Counted from the first letter of the stretch, positions 32,719-44,846 are shown. The stretch: DNA of 61,125 nt from Planctomycetota bacterium (GCA_038212275.1 JBBQUR010000026.1:1-61125); one strand, 5' to 3'. The notes: generated by a model not told the origin, from the letters alone. Translations and numbers: made by a program.

Positions 32719-33984
32719 TCAGCGCTCGGGAAGGGTGGCCTTCAGCGTCATCACGCCGAAGGCCGTGCCGTAGGCGCGCCCGTAGGTGTTGAAGTTGTAG
32801 TCCCACATCGAGCCATCCTTCTCCTGCGTCTTCACGACCTCGCGCGCGAGACGCATGGCGTAGCGCGCGCGTTCGGCCGGCTCGAGCAGGTCGAGCAGCC
32901 GCGCCGCGTAGAAGTGCCCGAAAAAATAGAAGTATCCGCTGTTCAGGTAGTAGGCCTCGTGCGGCACGGGCTTCTTGCGGGCGATGTCGAGGAAGCGATG
33001 GTGCTCGAAGAGCTGGTCGAGTCCGCGCAGGAGATCCTCTCGCGTGACGGCCTTGCTGCCGGCACGCAGCAGCGCGTAGTTGCCGGCCTGGATGCGCGAC
33101 AACGAACCCTTCACGTTGTCGATCCATTCAAGGCTGTAGGTCGGCACGGGGTCGAAGCTGTAGGCGTAGGCTCCGTTGGCCATGCGCGCGCGCTCGAGGC
33201 CGGCGATGGCCGCATCGAGCATGCCCTCGGGCAGCTCCATGCCGAGGTCGCGCGCCCGGGCCAGCGCGACGACCGCCGCGGCTGTCTCGAAGCTCGTCGC
33301 CCAGCTCGGACGCCTGGCCAGCGATTCGAAGTCGTAGTAACCCCAGCCGCCGGTCGGTGTCTGGTAGGCGGCGAGACTGGCGATGTACTCCGCGCACTTG
33401 GCGCGCATCGGAGCCTCGCGCGGCGTGCCGTGCAGGCGCGCATCGCCCAGCGCGGTCGTCAGCGCGTCGAGGCCGTAGACGTAGCCCCAGGTGTTGTCGA
33501 CGTCCCAGTCCGACGGGCGTGCCGGCGTCGGCTGCGCGAGCATGTAGTCCAGGCCCTTGTCGGCGGCGGCGAGCGCCGCCTCGTTGCCGGATTGTTCGAG
33601 CAGCGTCATGACCACCAGACCGGTGGACGCGAGGATCCAGGCCTTGTGGCTGTAGGGGTTGCTCCAGAATTCGTCCGCGGGCTCGCGCCAGCTTCCCCAG
33701 CTGCCGTCAGCATTCTGCGAACCGATCAGGAAGGCCGTGCCTCGCTCGATGGCCGCCACAACGGTGCCGGTGTCGGGAAGCGGCGTGTCTTCTCCGGCGC
33801 CGGCCCCATGCCGGGCGGCTTCGAGCACTTCCTCGGGAGACAGGTCCACGAGCGCCCGCGGCGCGGTGCCGGGCGTCGCCGATTCCTGCGCCGCCGCATG
33901 CGGCGCGAACAACGCGCAGGACGCGAGCGACGCGCCGGCGCACAGCGCGGCCAGGCGCCGCCCTGCGGAACGCGCGGCGTTCAT
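32719..33984 (-). CDS. Secreted prenyltransferase/squalene oxidase repeat (alpha/alpha toroid) protein
   Basis: QW-like repeats SQNADGSW, YQTPTGGWGY, TQEKDGSMW; signal peptide ending AHAAA-Q-like. Confidence 0.75.
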   Translation of the reverse strand: MNAARSAGRRLAALCAGASLASCALFAPHAAAQESATPGTAPRALVDLSPEEVLEAARHGAGAGEDTPLPDTGTVVAAIERGTAFLIGSQNADGSWGSWREPADEFWSNPYSHKAWILASTGLVVMTLLEQSGNEAALAAADKGLDYMLAQPTPARPSDWDVDNTWGYVYGLDALTTALGDARLHGTPREAPMRAKCAEYIASLAAYQTPTGGWGYYDFESLARRPSWATSFETAAAVVALARARDLGMELPEGMLDAAIAGLERARMANGAYAYSFDPVPTYSLEWIDNVKGSLSRIQAGNYALLRAGSKAVTREDLLRGLDQLFEHHRFLDIARKKPVPHEAYYLNSGYFYFFGHFYAARLLDLLEPAERARYAMRLAREVVKTQEKDGSMWDYNFNTYGRAYGTAFGVMTLKATLPER

Positions 33985-34898
33985 GGAGGACCGCCGGCGG
34001 CGGCCGCACTGGCGGCCGCGGCGCTGTCGACGGCGAGCTGCCGCTCCCAGCGGTCGATTTCGCGATTGAGCAGCAGCTCGTCGCGCGCGATGTCGTCCAG
34101 CTCCCGGACCTGCTTGCGCGCGTCGAACTCGAAATCACGCAGCGCCTGGTCGCGCTGCATGCGGCCTTGCTCGGCGGCGCGCTTGCTGTTCTCCAGCGCC
34201 ACGGTCTTCGCCGCGAGCTCCAGCGCCAGCCGTTCGCGTTCGCGCGGCAGCGTGATGGTGGCGAGCTCGGCGGCGCGCTGTTCGCGCAGGTGATGCCCGT
34301 CCTCGGCACGCTGCAGGCGCCGGCGCGTGCGGCTGAGCACGATCTCCGCGGTGGCGTCGCCGAGGTCGGAGTCCTTGTACATCATCTCGAGCTGCGCGAG
34401 TTCCTCGCGCGTCTCGAGCAGGCCGTCGGCCGAGCCGCGCAATTCCAGCTCGCTCTCCGCGAGGCGGCGCGCCTGCTCCACCTCGTCGAAATGCCGGACG
34501 TCCTCCGCGGCCACGCGTTGATCGCGCTCCGCCTGCGCGACCGCCATCTCCTCGCCCGCGATCGCGGAGGCCTGCTCCACGGCGGCGCGCGCGCGGCGCA
34601 GCTCGAGCTCGGCCAGGCTGCGGGCATGGTCCTCGCGGCGGCGCGACAGGGCGATGGCGCGGCCGTCGAAGGCATCGCGCTGCGCCTGGCGCTCAGGCGA
34701 GAGACCCGACCTGTCGCGGCCGGACAAGGCCGCAGCAAGCGCCACGTTCGCACCGGACTCGTTGCCGGACGTGGCAAGCGCCGAGTCCGAGGCGCGTTCG
34801 CGCTGGCTCAGCTCGGCGCCGGTGATGTAGGTGCCCTTGGGTGACGTACACGCGGCTGCGCAGAGCGCGACCGTGCACAGCAGGCGGGACGGACGCAT
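33981..34898 (-). CDS. Coiled-coil hypothetical lipoprotein
   Basis: Signal/lipobox MRPSRLLCTVALCAAAC; long E/R/A/L heptad-rich helix; stop overlaps the downstream ATG. Confidence 0.7.
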   Translation of the reverse strand: MRPSRLLCTVALCAAACTSPKGTYITGAELSQRERASDSALATSGNESGANVALAAALSGRDRSGLSPERQAQRDAFDGRAIALSRRREDHARSLAELELRRARAAVEQASAIAGEEMAVAQAERDQRVAAEDVRHFDEVEQARRLAESELELRGSADGLLETREELAQLEMMYKDSDLGDATAEIVLSRTRRRLQRAEDGHHLREQRAAELATITLPRERERLALELAAKTVALENSKRAAEQGRMQRDQALRDFEFDARKQVRELDDIARDELLLNREIDRWERQLAVDSAAAASAAAAGGPP

Positions 34899-35023
34899 CG
34901 ACGATCTCCGGGAAGGGTGAGCCGGCGACATGATACGCGTGTCGACACGCGATGCGATGCGTTGCGCGGCGGGCGCGGCGCACGCTACGGTGACCGGACT
35001 CAACCACCGCAGGAGTCCGCCCG

Positions 35024-36589
<1,566 letters not shown>

Positions 36590-36762
36590 GCGCCGCGGAG
36601 GCGGGATGAGGCAGCCGACGTGCTGGAATCGGGGCCGCCCCGGGAATCCGCGGTGCCGGCGCGGACCACGTCGGAAGGGATTCCTCAATCCCGTCGGGCT
36701 CCGGCTCCGATAGCCCACAGCGGTCCGCGCCCCGGGCCGAAGGCCTGCGAGGAAACCCGATC

Positions 36763-37188
36763 GTGACCCAGCAACTGCATGTCGTGCGTGTCTTCGTCTT
36801 CCGCCAGGACAGCCGGCAGATCGACTATCTCGTCGTCCGCCGGCAACCCGCGCATGACTCCTTCTGGTCGCCCGTGACCGGCGTCATGCAGCCGCACGAG
36901 TCCATCTACCAGGCGGCGGTGCGCAGCGTCGGCGAGGAGGTCGGCCTGTCCTCCCCGCGGCAGATCGTGGACCTGCAGCTCGCGACGCGGCTGCAGATCG
37001 GCGATCTCGAGGAGATCGACTGGTCGGTCGGCTACCGCGCGACGGGCACCTCGCTGGACCTGCACCCCGCGGCCGACCTCGCCGAACTGCGCTGGCTCGA
37101 CTTCGACGCGATCTACCGCAACCTCGATCGCGAGGAAGACCGCCGCTCGATCATGCGGCTGCACTTCACGCTGCGCAGCACCGGCTGA
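36763..37188 (+). CDS. NUDIX-fold protein (NudB-like) with degenerate Nudix box
   Basis: FWSPVTG-x5-E-x7-RSVGEEVGL; the canonical RE is RS. Confidence 0.8.
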   Translation: MTQQLHVVRVFVFRQDSRQIDYLVVRRQPAHDSFWSPVTGVMQPHESIYQAAVRSVGEEVGLSSPRQIVDLQLATRLQIGDLEEIDWSVGYRATGTSLDLHPAADLAELRWLDFDAIYRNLDREEDRRSIMRLHFTLRSTG

Positions 37189-37316
37189 GGCCCCCGGCGG
37201 CGCCGCCGCGCGCCGGCCTCCGCGAGCCGGCCCCCGCGTGGCGGCGGGCCCGGGTCGCCGATAGACTCCGGCGCTGCCACCCGGCACGCCGGCCGTGATT
37301 CCCGCGCAGGACCGCG

Positions 37317-38501
37317 ATGACCTCCTCGAAAAGCCGAGTCTTCGGGCGCGTGATCCTCGGCATCGTGCTGACGGCGGCTCTCGGCGAGGGCGCGGCCCGC
37401 ATCATCGATCACGTGCACGACACGGACAGCTCCGTGGCGCCGCTGCCGGATCCCGACACGTCGGTGATCGTGCCGCACCCGTACGTGGGTTACATCCCGA
37501 GGCCATCGTTCTCGGCCGCGGCGCCCGGCTCGCCGCGCAGCTTCCGGCACAATGCCCATGGCTTCCGCGGCGCGGAGGTCGAGATGCCCAAGCCGCCGCG
37601 CACCTTCCGCATCGCGTGCATCGGCGGCTCGACCACGCAGGCGCTGCGCAGCGAGAGCGATGAAGAGACCTGGCCGTCGCGCCTCGCGGTGCTGCTCCAG
37701 GCGCGGCTGCCGGCGGACTCTCCCTACGATCGCGTGGAGTGCCTCAACGCCGGCGCGGGCGGCTACACCTCCATGGAGTCCTTCATCAATCTCAAGACGC
37801 GCCTGCTGCCGCTCGACCTCGACCTCGTGGTGGACTACGACGCCGTGAACGACTCGCAGGTCGTCCTGCGCAGCGGTTTCAAGCCCGACTACACGCACGT
37901 CCGGCGCAGCTGGACGCCGCCGCCCGAGCGCTCGCTGCCGCTGCGCCTGTTCGGCTGGAGTCACCTCTTCGGGATGTTCCTCGATCCGGCTCAGCGCTCG
38001 GGAGCCGTGTACACCAAGGACTCGCTCTTCGTCGACAACTACGCCGACATCCCGCTGGTGGAGTTCCAGGACATCGGCCCGGGCATCGAGAACTTCTATT
38101 TCACGATGCGCGAAATCGCCGCGATCAGCCGGGTCTACAACGTGCCCGTCGTGCTTTGCACCTTCGCGTGGCCGCACTCGGGCAAGAATGCGCCCAGTGA
38201 AAAGGTGCTCGAGAGCGGCACGACGGCCGTCTTGATCCGGCTCAACGATGCCATCCGCGCCGCGGCCGCCATCGAGCACGTCCAGCTCGTGGATCTGGAG
38301 CGCCTGGGGCCGACGGAAAGCCGGGACTACGTCGACCCGATCCACCCCAACGCGGCCGGCTACGACGCCATGGCCCGCGTGCTGGCCGACGCGCTGCTCG
38401 CGCAGGGCGTCCTCGACAAGCCGCCGGTGCGAGCCGCCGTGCCGGCGCGCATCCTCTCCCCGACACCAAGCGGCGTCGACGGAAGCGTTCCGCCTCGCTG
38501 A
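37317..38501 (+). CDS. SGNH/GDSL hydrolase family protein, membrane anchored
   Basis: IGGSTT, NAGAGGY, YDAVND, DPIHPN; N-terminal TM. Confidence 0.88.
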   Translation: MTSSKSRVFGRVILGIVLTAALGEGAARIIDHVHDTDSSVAPLPDPDTSVIVPHPYVGYIPRPSFSAAAPGSPRSFRHNAHGFRGAEVEMPKPPRTFRIACIGGSTTQALRSESDEETWPSRLAVLLQARLPADSPYDRVECLNAGAGGYTSMESFINLKTRLLPLDLDLVVDYDAVNDSQVVLRSGFKPDYTHVRRSWTPPPERSLPLRLFGWSHLFGMFLDPAQRSGAVYTKDSLFVDNYADIPLVEFQDIGPGIENFYFTMREIAAISRVYNVPVVLCTFAWPHSGKNAPSEKVLESGTTAVLIRLNDAIRAAAAIEHVQLVDLERLGPTESRDYVDPIHPNAAGYDAMARVLADALLAQGVLDKPPVRAAVPARILSPTPSGVDGSVPPR

Positions 38502-38627
38502 GCCTGGACGGGAAGTCCCCGCCCTCGTGCGCTTGCTAGGATGCCGCCCCTTTCCCGGCGCGTGCCGCGTCGCGACGTCGCGGCCACCGGCACACCGGCA
38601 CATCGGCGAACCCGGCGGAGTCTCCTC

Positions 38628-39410
38628 GTGGCGCTCGTGGACCTGACCAAGCACGGCGGCGTGGCGCTGCTGACGCTGAACAACCCGCCGGCCAATGCCT
38701 ACAGCCACGCGATGCACCTGCAGCTGGACGCGGCCATCCTTGACTGCCGCTTCGACGAGTCGGTGCACGTGATCGTGCTCACCGGAGCCGGGCAGCGCTT
38801 CTTCTGCGCGGGCGCCGACATCGAGATGCTGTCCACGGTGACACCGGAGTGGAAGTACAACTTCTGCCTGCACGCCAACGAGACGCTGTGCCGCCTCGAG
38901 CAGACGCCCAAGCTGGTCATCGCCGCGCTCAACGGGCACGCCGTCGGCGGCGGCCTGGAGATCGCGCTCGCGTGCGACCTGCGCTGGGCGGCGCGGGGGG
39001 CGGGCAAGGTCGGCCTCCCCGAGGTTTCGCTCGGCGTGCTGCCGGGCACGGGCGGCACGGCGCGCCTGTCGCGGCTGCTGGGCCGCGGGCGCGCCCTGGA
39101 GCTCATGGTCACCGGCGACAATCTCTCCTTCGAGCGCGGCCTCGAGCTGGGCCTGCTGCACGAGATCCTGCCGGCCGAGGACTTCCTGTCGACGGTGCTC
39201 GCGCGCGCCGCGAGATACTGCCCGCCGCACAAGGCAGCCGGCGCCGTCGGCGCCATCAAGCGCTCGGTCGTGTCCGGGCTCGAGATGGGTTTTTCCGAGC
39301 ACCTCGCGCTGGAGCGCGAGCTGCAGCAACGACTGTTCACGGGCCATGACGCCGCCGAGGGTTTCGCCGCCTTCACCGGCAAGCGCCCGCCGGAGTTCAC
39401 GGGACGATGA
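38628..39410 (+). CDS. Enoyl-CoA hydratase/isomerase
   Basis: FFCAGADI, AALNGHAVGGGLEIALACD, GLPEVSLGVLPG; GGAG before GTG 38628. Confidence 0.92.
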   Translation: MALVDLTKHGGVALLTLNNPPANAYSHAMHLQLDAAILDCRFDESVHVIVLTGAGQRFFCAGADIEMLSTVTPEWKYNFCLHANETLCRLEQTPKLVIAALNGHAVGGGLEIALACDLRWAARGAGKVGLPEVSLGVLPGTGGTARLSRLLGRGRALELMVTGDNLSFERGLELGLLHEILPAEDFLSTVLARAARYCPPHKAAGAVGAIKRSVVSGLEMGFSEHLALERELQQRLFTGHDAAEGFAAFTGKRPPEFTGR

Positions 39411-40447
39411 AGGCCATCCTGATCCGCGAGCACGGTGACCTCGACAAGCTGCTCATCGAGGAGCTGCCCGACCCGCAGCCGCGCGCCGACCAGGTGCTGC
39501 TCGCGGTCAAGGCCGTGGGTCTCAACCACCTGGACACCTGGGTGCGCCGCGGCGTCCCGGGCCACAGCTTCCCGCTGCCGATGATCCCCGGCTGCGACTT
39601 CGCGGGCGTCATCCAGGAGGTCGGCTCGGCGGTCACCGGGCTCTCGGTCGGCGAGCGCGTGCTCGTCGCGCCGGGCTTCTCGTGCGGACGCTGCGAGGCC
39701 TGCGCCTCGGGCCACGACCCGCTCTGCCGCGACTACGGCATCTTCGGCGAGACGATGAACGGCGGCTGCGCGGAGCTGGTCGCGATCCCGGCCGTCAATG
39801 CCATCCCGATGCCCGCCGGCATGAGCTTCGCCGAGGCTGCCAGCTTTCCGCTCGCCTTCCTCACGGCGTGGCACATGCTCGTCGCGCGCTGCGGCATCCG
39901 CGCCGGCGACGACGTGCTGGTGCACGCGGCGGGCAGCGGCGTCGGCAGTGCGGCCGTGCAGATCGCCAGGCTCTTCCACGCGCGCGTCATCGCGACGGCC
40001 GGCAGCGAGCGCAAGCTGGAGCAGGCGCTGGTCCTCGGAGCGGATCACGTCATCAACTACGAGACGCGCAACTGGGTCTCCGAGGTGCGGGCGCTCACCA
40101 GCAAGCGCGGCGTGGACATCGTCTTCGAGCACGTCGGCGAGAAGACCTTTGCGGGCAGCCTGCGCTGCCTGGCCAAGGGCGGGCGCGTCGTGACCTGCGG
40201 CGCGACCACGGGAAGCAGGCTCGAGGCCGACCTGAAGCTCATCTTCTTCAAGAGTCTTTCCATCCTCGGCTCCACCATGGGCAGCCGCGGCGAGCTGCTG
40301 CACATCGTCGACCTCGTGGGCAAGGGCCTGCTGCATCCGGTCGTGGACCGCGTGCTGCCGCTCACCGAGATCCGCGCCGCGCACGAAGCCATGGGCCGGC
40401 GCGAGCAGTTCGGCAAGATCGTCCTCAGCATCGGAGACGGCAAGTGA
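39407..40447 (+). CDS. Zinc-binding dehydrogenase (MDR family)
   Basis: Structural Zn motif CGRCEAC..C, HAAGSGVG, CGATTG. Confidence 0.9.
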   Translation: MKAILIREHGDLDKLLIEELPDPQPRADQVLLAVKAVGLNHLDTWVRRGVPGHSFPLPMIPGCDFAGVIQEVGSAVTGLSVGERVLVAPGFSCGRCEACASGHDPLCRDYGIFGETMNGGCAELVAIPAVNAIPMPAGMSFAEAASFPLAFLTAWHMLVARCGIRAGDDVLVHAAGSGVGSAAVQIARLFHARVIATAGSERKLEQALVLGADHVINYETRNWVSEVRALTSKRGVDIVFEHVGEKTFAGSLRCLAKGGRVVTCGATTGSRLEADLKLIFFKSLSILGSTMGSRGELLHIVDLVGKGLLHPVVDRVLPLTEIRAAHEAMGRREQFGKIVLSIGDGK

Positions 40448-41319
40448 CCACGTCCGGGTTTCGTTTCGACAGCGTGGCCGTTCTCGGCGCGGGCACCATG
40501 GGACGCGGCATCGCGCAGACGGCGGCGGCCACCGGCAACCGCGTGAAGCTGCTCGATGCCACGCTCGAACGCGCGGGCGCTGCGCGCGCCGCCATCGGCG
40601 ACGGACTGGCGAAGCTGATCGCGAAGGGCAAGCTCGCCGCGGGCGACGCGGAGGCGACGATGTCGCGCATCGAGGCCGTCGCCGACCGGCAGACCGCCGT
40701 GCGCGACGCGGACATCGTCGTCGAAGCCGCCTTCGAAGATCTCGCGCTGAAGCGCCGGATCTTCGCCGCGCTGGCGCAGGAGGCTCCGGCGCATGCGCTG
40801 CTCGGCAGCAACACCAGCTCGCTCTCCATCACGGCGCTGGCGGAGGGCTGCGGTGCCGAAGAGCGCGTCGTCGGCCTGCACTTCTTCAACCCGGTGCCGG
40901 TCATGGCGCTGCTCGAGATCGTGCGCGGCCGGCGCACCGCGGATGCCGCCGTCCAGGCGGCGCGCGACTTCGCGGCGCGCCTCGGCAAGGACCCCATCCT
41001 CGTCAACGACAGCCCCGGCTTCGCGACCTCGCGCCTCGGCGTGCTGCTCGGCCTGGAGGCCATGCGCATGCTGCAGGAGGGCGTCGCGTCGGCCGCCGAC
41101 ATCGACAAGGCGATGGAACTCGGCTACCGCCATCCGATGGGCCCGCTCAAGCTCACCGACCTCGTCGGCCTCGACGTGCGCCTGGCCATCGCCGAGCATC
41201 TGCAGCGCGAGCTGCGCAGCGAGGCCTTCGCCCCGCCGCAGCTCCTGCGCGACATGGTGGCCGCCGGCAAGCTGGGCAAGAAGAGCGGCCACGGCTTCTA
41301 CGACTACCCGGCCGCCTGA
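40444..41319 (+). CDS. 3-hydroxyacyl-CoA dehydrogenase
   Basis: GAGTMGRGIA, VEAAFE, SNTSS, GLHFFNPVP, PMGPL..DLVGLD, LGKKSGHGFY. Confidence 0.93.
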   Translation: MTTSGFRFDSVAVLGAGTMGRGIAQTAAATGNRVKLLDATLERAGAARAAIGDGLAKLIAKGKLAAGDAEATMSRIEAVADRQTAVRDADIVVEAAFEDLALKRRIFAALAQEAPAHALLGSNTSSLSITALAEGCGAEERVVGLHFFNPVPVMALLEIVRGRRTADAAVQAARDFAARLGKDPILVNDSPGFATSRLGVLLGLEAMRMLQEGVASAADIDKAMELGYRHPMGPLKLTDLVGLDVRLAIAEHLQRELRSEAFAPPQLLRDMVAAGKLGKKSGHGFYDYPAA

Positions 41320-41345
41320 CGGAGTCCGCGCATGAGGAAGCACCC

Positions 41346-42158
41346 GTGAGCGACGCCGCCGGCCCGCCCCGCCTCCTGGCGACGCGCCACGCGCTCGTGA
41401 CCGGCGCCGGCCGCGGCATCGGCCTGGCCGTGGCGCTCGGTCTGGCGCGACACGGCTGCAGGATCACGCTCGTCGGGCGCGATGCGCGCTCGCTGGAGCA
41501 CGCCAGCGCCGCGTGCCGCAAAGCCGGCTCGCCGCTCGCGCAGGCCTCGTGCCGCGACCTGACGGATCGCGCGCAGCTCGATGCGTTGGCGCGCTCGACT
41601 GCCACCGAGGTGGACGTGCTGGTGAACAACGCTGGCAGCGCGCCCTCGGCATCCGTCGAGAAGACCGACGACGCGACCTGGGACGCGACGCTCGCGCTCA
41701 ATCTCTTTGCGCCCTTCGCGCTGTGCCGCGCCGCGCTGCCCGGCATGGCGGCGCGCGGCTACGGCCGCGTCGTCAACATCGCCAGCACGGCGGCGCTGCA
41801 GGGCTACGCCTACACGTCGGCCTACTGCGCCAGCAAGCACGGCGTGCTCGGCCTCACGCGGGCGCTCGACGCCGAGCTGCGCCAGCGCGCGCCCGGACGG
41901 GACGTGACCGTCAACGCCATTGCCCCGGGCTTCGTGGACACCGACATCGTGGCCGCGTCCGCGCGCCGCATCGCCGCCGCCACCGGCCAGAGCATCGAGG
42001 ACGCGCGCGCCCGGCTCGGCGCGATGAACGTTGGAGGTCGGCTGCTCAGCGCCGAAGAGGTCGCGGATGCGGTGCTCGCGCTGGTGCTGGAAGCCCCGGG
42101 CCGCACGCGCGGCGCGGCCGTGAGCTGGCACGCCGACGGCGGGCTGCCGCACCCCTGA
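41346..42158 (+). CDS. Short-chain dehydrogenase/reductase (SDR)
   Basis: TGAGRGIG, VNNAG, YCASKHG, PGFVDT. Confidence 0.92.
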   Translation: MSDAAGPPRLLATRHALVTGAGRGIGLAVALGLARHGCRITLVGRDARSLEHASAACRKAGSPLAQASCRDLTDRAQLDALARSTATEVDVLVNNAGSAPSASVEKTDDATWDATLALNLFAPFALCRAALPGMAARGYGRVVNIASTAALQGYAYTSAYCASKHGVLGLTRALDAELRQRAPGRDVTVNAIAPGFVDTDIVAASARRIAAATGQSIEDARARLGAMNVGGRLLSAEEVADAVLALVLEAPGRTRGAAVSWHADGGLPHP

Positions 42159-42250
42159 GCGTCCGGCGCCCGGCGCCCGTGCCGCGGCGCCCGCGCCGGA
42201 ACCCCGATGCCTGCAAGTCCCGGCGCCGTCGTGCGCTACCATCGCGCCCC

Positions 42251-43123
42251 ATGGCACGCCACTTCCGCGAAGAACTCGATGCCGACGGCGTGTGCCTCAT
42301 CACGCTGGACCGGCCCGACCGCCTCAACGCGCTGACCTTCGACGTCTACCGCGAGCTGACCGACCGCTTCGCCTCGCTGGCCGACGACCGGCGCGCGCAC
42401 GCCGTGGTCATCACCGGCGCGGGCCGCGCCTTCTGCTCCGGCGGCGACGTGCACGACATCATCGGCCGCCTCGTGGACATGCCGCACGCGGAGGTGCTGG
42501 CCTTCACGCGCATGACCGGCGAGCTCATCGGCAACATGTGCCGGCTGCAGAAGCCGATCATCGCCGCCGTGAACGGCGTGGCCGCCGGCGCGGGCGCGGT
42601 CATGGTCGCCGCGAGCGACCTGCGCGTCTTCGCGGACAGCGCCAGGCTCTCCTTTCTTTTCACCAAGGTCGGGCTCACCGGTGCGGACATGGGCGCGGGC
42701 TGGTTGCTGCCGCGCCTCGTCGGCCAGGCGCGCGCCTGCGAGCTGTTGCTGCTGGGCGACACCCTCGATGCCCCCACCGCAGAGCGCTACGGCCTCGCGA
42801 CGCGCGTCGTGCCCGTCGCGCAATGCCTGCCCGAGGCACTGGCGCTGGGCAAGCGCCTCGCGCAGGGTCCGCTCGCCGCGCTGGCCAGCACCAAGCGCCT
42901 GCTGCAGGCCGAGTGGCTCATGGACCTCGACACCGCGCTGGAAGCCGAGGCGCAGGCGCAGGCCGGCCACCTCATCCAGCCCGACCACCGCGAATACCAC
43001 GCGTCCTTCGTTGCCAAACGGCCCGCTCGCTTCTCCGGCGCGCGCGCCGCACAGGAGGCGCACGCGGCGGACGGCACGCGCGAGGCTCGTGGCGATCACA
43101 CCGCACAGGAGCCCCGGGCATGA
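42251..43123 (+). CDS. Enoyl-CoA hydratase family protein
   Basis: RLNALTF, AFCSGGDV, AAVNGVAAGAG, VGLTGADMG. Confidence 0.9.
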   Translation: MARHFREELDADGVCLITLDRPDRLNALTFDVYRELTDRFASLADDRRAHAVVITGAGRAFCSGGDVHDIIGRLVDMPHAEVLAFTRMTGELIGNMCRLQKPIIAAVNGVAAGAGAVMVAASDLRVFADSARLSFLFTKVGLTGADMGAGWLLPRLVGQARACELLLLGDTLDAPTAERYGLATRVVPVAQCLPEALALGKRLAQGPLAALASTKRLLQAEWLMDLDTALEAEAQAQAGHLIQPDHREYHASFVAKRPARFSGARAAQEAHAADGTREARGDHTAQEPRA

Positions 43124-43464
43124 GCCGTTTCCGCTGCCACCTCTTCGTCTGCACCAACCGTCGCCCCGACGACAACGCGCGGGGCAGCTGCGCGGCCAAA
43201 GGCAGCGAGGCCGTGATCGAGGCCATCAAGCTGGCGGCCCACGCGGCCGGCCTCAAGGGCCAGGTGCGCGTCAACAAGGCGGGCTGCCTGGACGCGTGCG
43301 AGCACGGCGTGGCCGCCGTCGTGTATCCGCAGGGCACGTGGTATCGCGGCGTGCAGGCCTCCGACGCCGACGAGATCGTGCAGCGCACGCTGCTGCGCGG
43401 CGAGGTCGTGGAGCGACTGCTCATGCCGCCCGCACCCCCCGCACCGGCCAAGCCCGCGCACTGA
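43120..43464 (+). CDS. Thioredoxin-like [2Fe-2S] ferredoxin
   Basis: HLFVCTN..GSC..AGCLDAC..VVYPQGTWY. Confidence 0.9.
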   Translation: MSRFRCHLFVCTNRRPDDNARGSCAAKGSEAVIEAIKLAAHAAGLKGQVRVNKAGCLDACEHGVAAVVYPQGTWYRGVQASDADEIVQRTLLRGEVVERLLMPPAPPAPAKPAH

Positions 43465-43550
43465 CCCGCGCTGACCCGCGCACTGACCGCGCGCTCCGAC
43501 GAGAGCGCGCACCCTTGAGGGTGCCCGCTCGGGCGGGATACGCTGCGACG

Positions 43551-44732
43551 ATGTCGGCGCCCTCACGCACTCCCGTCGCTTCAGCCCCCTGGACCGCCGC
43601 CCAGCGCGCAGAGCTGCGCGCACGCGCGCGCGATTTCGCGCAGACCCACGTCGCGCCGCACGCAGGCCGCTGGGACCGCGAGGGCCGCATGCCGCCCGAA
43701 CTCGTCCCGGCCATGGGCGCGCTCGGCTTGCTCGGCGGCCCGCTGCCGCAGGAGTTCGGCGGACTCGGCGCGGACAACGAGGCCTTCGTCGGCGTGTACG
43801 AGGAACTCGGGCGCGCGTGCAGCTCCGTGCGCGGCTTCGTCTCGGTGCACACCGGGCTGGTGAGCCAGTGCCTCGCGGACCACGGCACGCCCGAGCAGCG
43901 GTTGCGCTGGCTGCCGCGGCTCGTGCGCGGCGAGAGCATCGGCTGCTACGCGCTCACCGAGGAAGGCGCCGGCAGCGACGTCTCGGCCATCGCCACGCGC
44001 GCCGTGCGCCACGACGGCGCGTGGCGCCTGCACGGCAGCAAGACGTGGATCACCAACGGCGGCGTCGCGGATCTCGCTCTGGTCTTCGCGCGCACCGGCG
44101 ACGGCCCCGTGAAGGAAGCGCTCACCTGCTTCGTGGTCGAGCTGCCGTGCGCGGGCTTCACCGCGCTGCCCCTCGGCGTGGAGCCGCTCGGCCACCGCGC
44201 GAGCGACCACGCGCGACTGCAGTTCGAGGAGCTGCTCGTCCCGGACGCCCAGCGCCTCGGGCCCGTCGGCGGCGGGCACCGCATCGCGATGTCCGCGCTG
44301 GACCACGGTCGGCTCGGCGTCGCGGCCGGGGCCGTGGGCGTGGCCCGGGCCTGCCTCGACGAGGTCCTGGCCCATGCGCGGAGCCGCCGGCAGTTCGGGC
44401 AGCGCCTCGGCGACTTCCAGATGGTGCAGGCCGACATCGCGGACATGAGCAGCGAGACGGAAGCCGCCGCGGCACTGGTCGGTTGCGCCGCGCGCGCCGC
44501 GGATGCCTCCGGCCCGGACGTCACGCGGCTCACGTCCTCGGCCAAGCTCTTCGCGACCGAGGTCGCGCAGCGCGCCGCGGACAAGGCCGTGCTGCTCCTC
44601 GGCAACCGCGGCTACGGCAGCGGCCACCCCGTGGAACGCTACTACCGCGACATCCAGGGCCTGCGCATCTACGAAGGCACCAACCACATCCAGCGGCTGA
44701 TCATCGCGCGCGCGCTGCTCGGCAGGCCCTAG
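43551..44732 (+). CDS. Acyl-CoA dehydrogenase
   Basis: YALTEEGAGSD, GSKTWITNG, GRLGVAA, RQFG, RIYEGTNHIQR. Confidence 0.95.
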   Translation: MSAPSRTPVASAPWTAAQRAELRARARDFAQTHVAPHAGRWDREGRMPPELVPAMGALGLLGGPLPQEFGGLGADNEAFVGVYEELGRACSSVRGFVSVHTGLVSQCLADHGTPEQRLRWLPRLVRGESIGCYALTEEGAGSDVSAIATRAVRHDGAWRLHGSKTWITNGGVADLALVFARTGDGPVKEALTCFVVELPCAGFTALPLGVEPLGHRASDHARLQFEELLVPDAQRLGPVGGGHRIAMSALDHGRLGVAAGAVGVARACLDEVLAHARSRRQFGQRLGDFQMVQADIADMSSETEAAAALVGCAARAADASGPDVTRLTSSAKLFATEVAQRAADKAVLLLGNRGYGSGHPVERYYRDIQGLRIYEGTNHIQRLIIARALLGRP

Positions 44733-44846
44733 CCCCCGCGGAAACTTGCGCGCCCTCCCGCCTTGAGCGGCCGGCGGCCAACGATTAGGCTTCGCGCCCC
44801 GTGGTGCGCGCCGCCTGGCGCCGGACCACGCGTCCCAGGTGACGAT

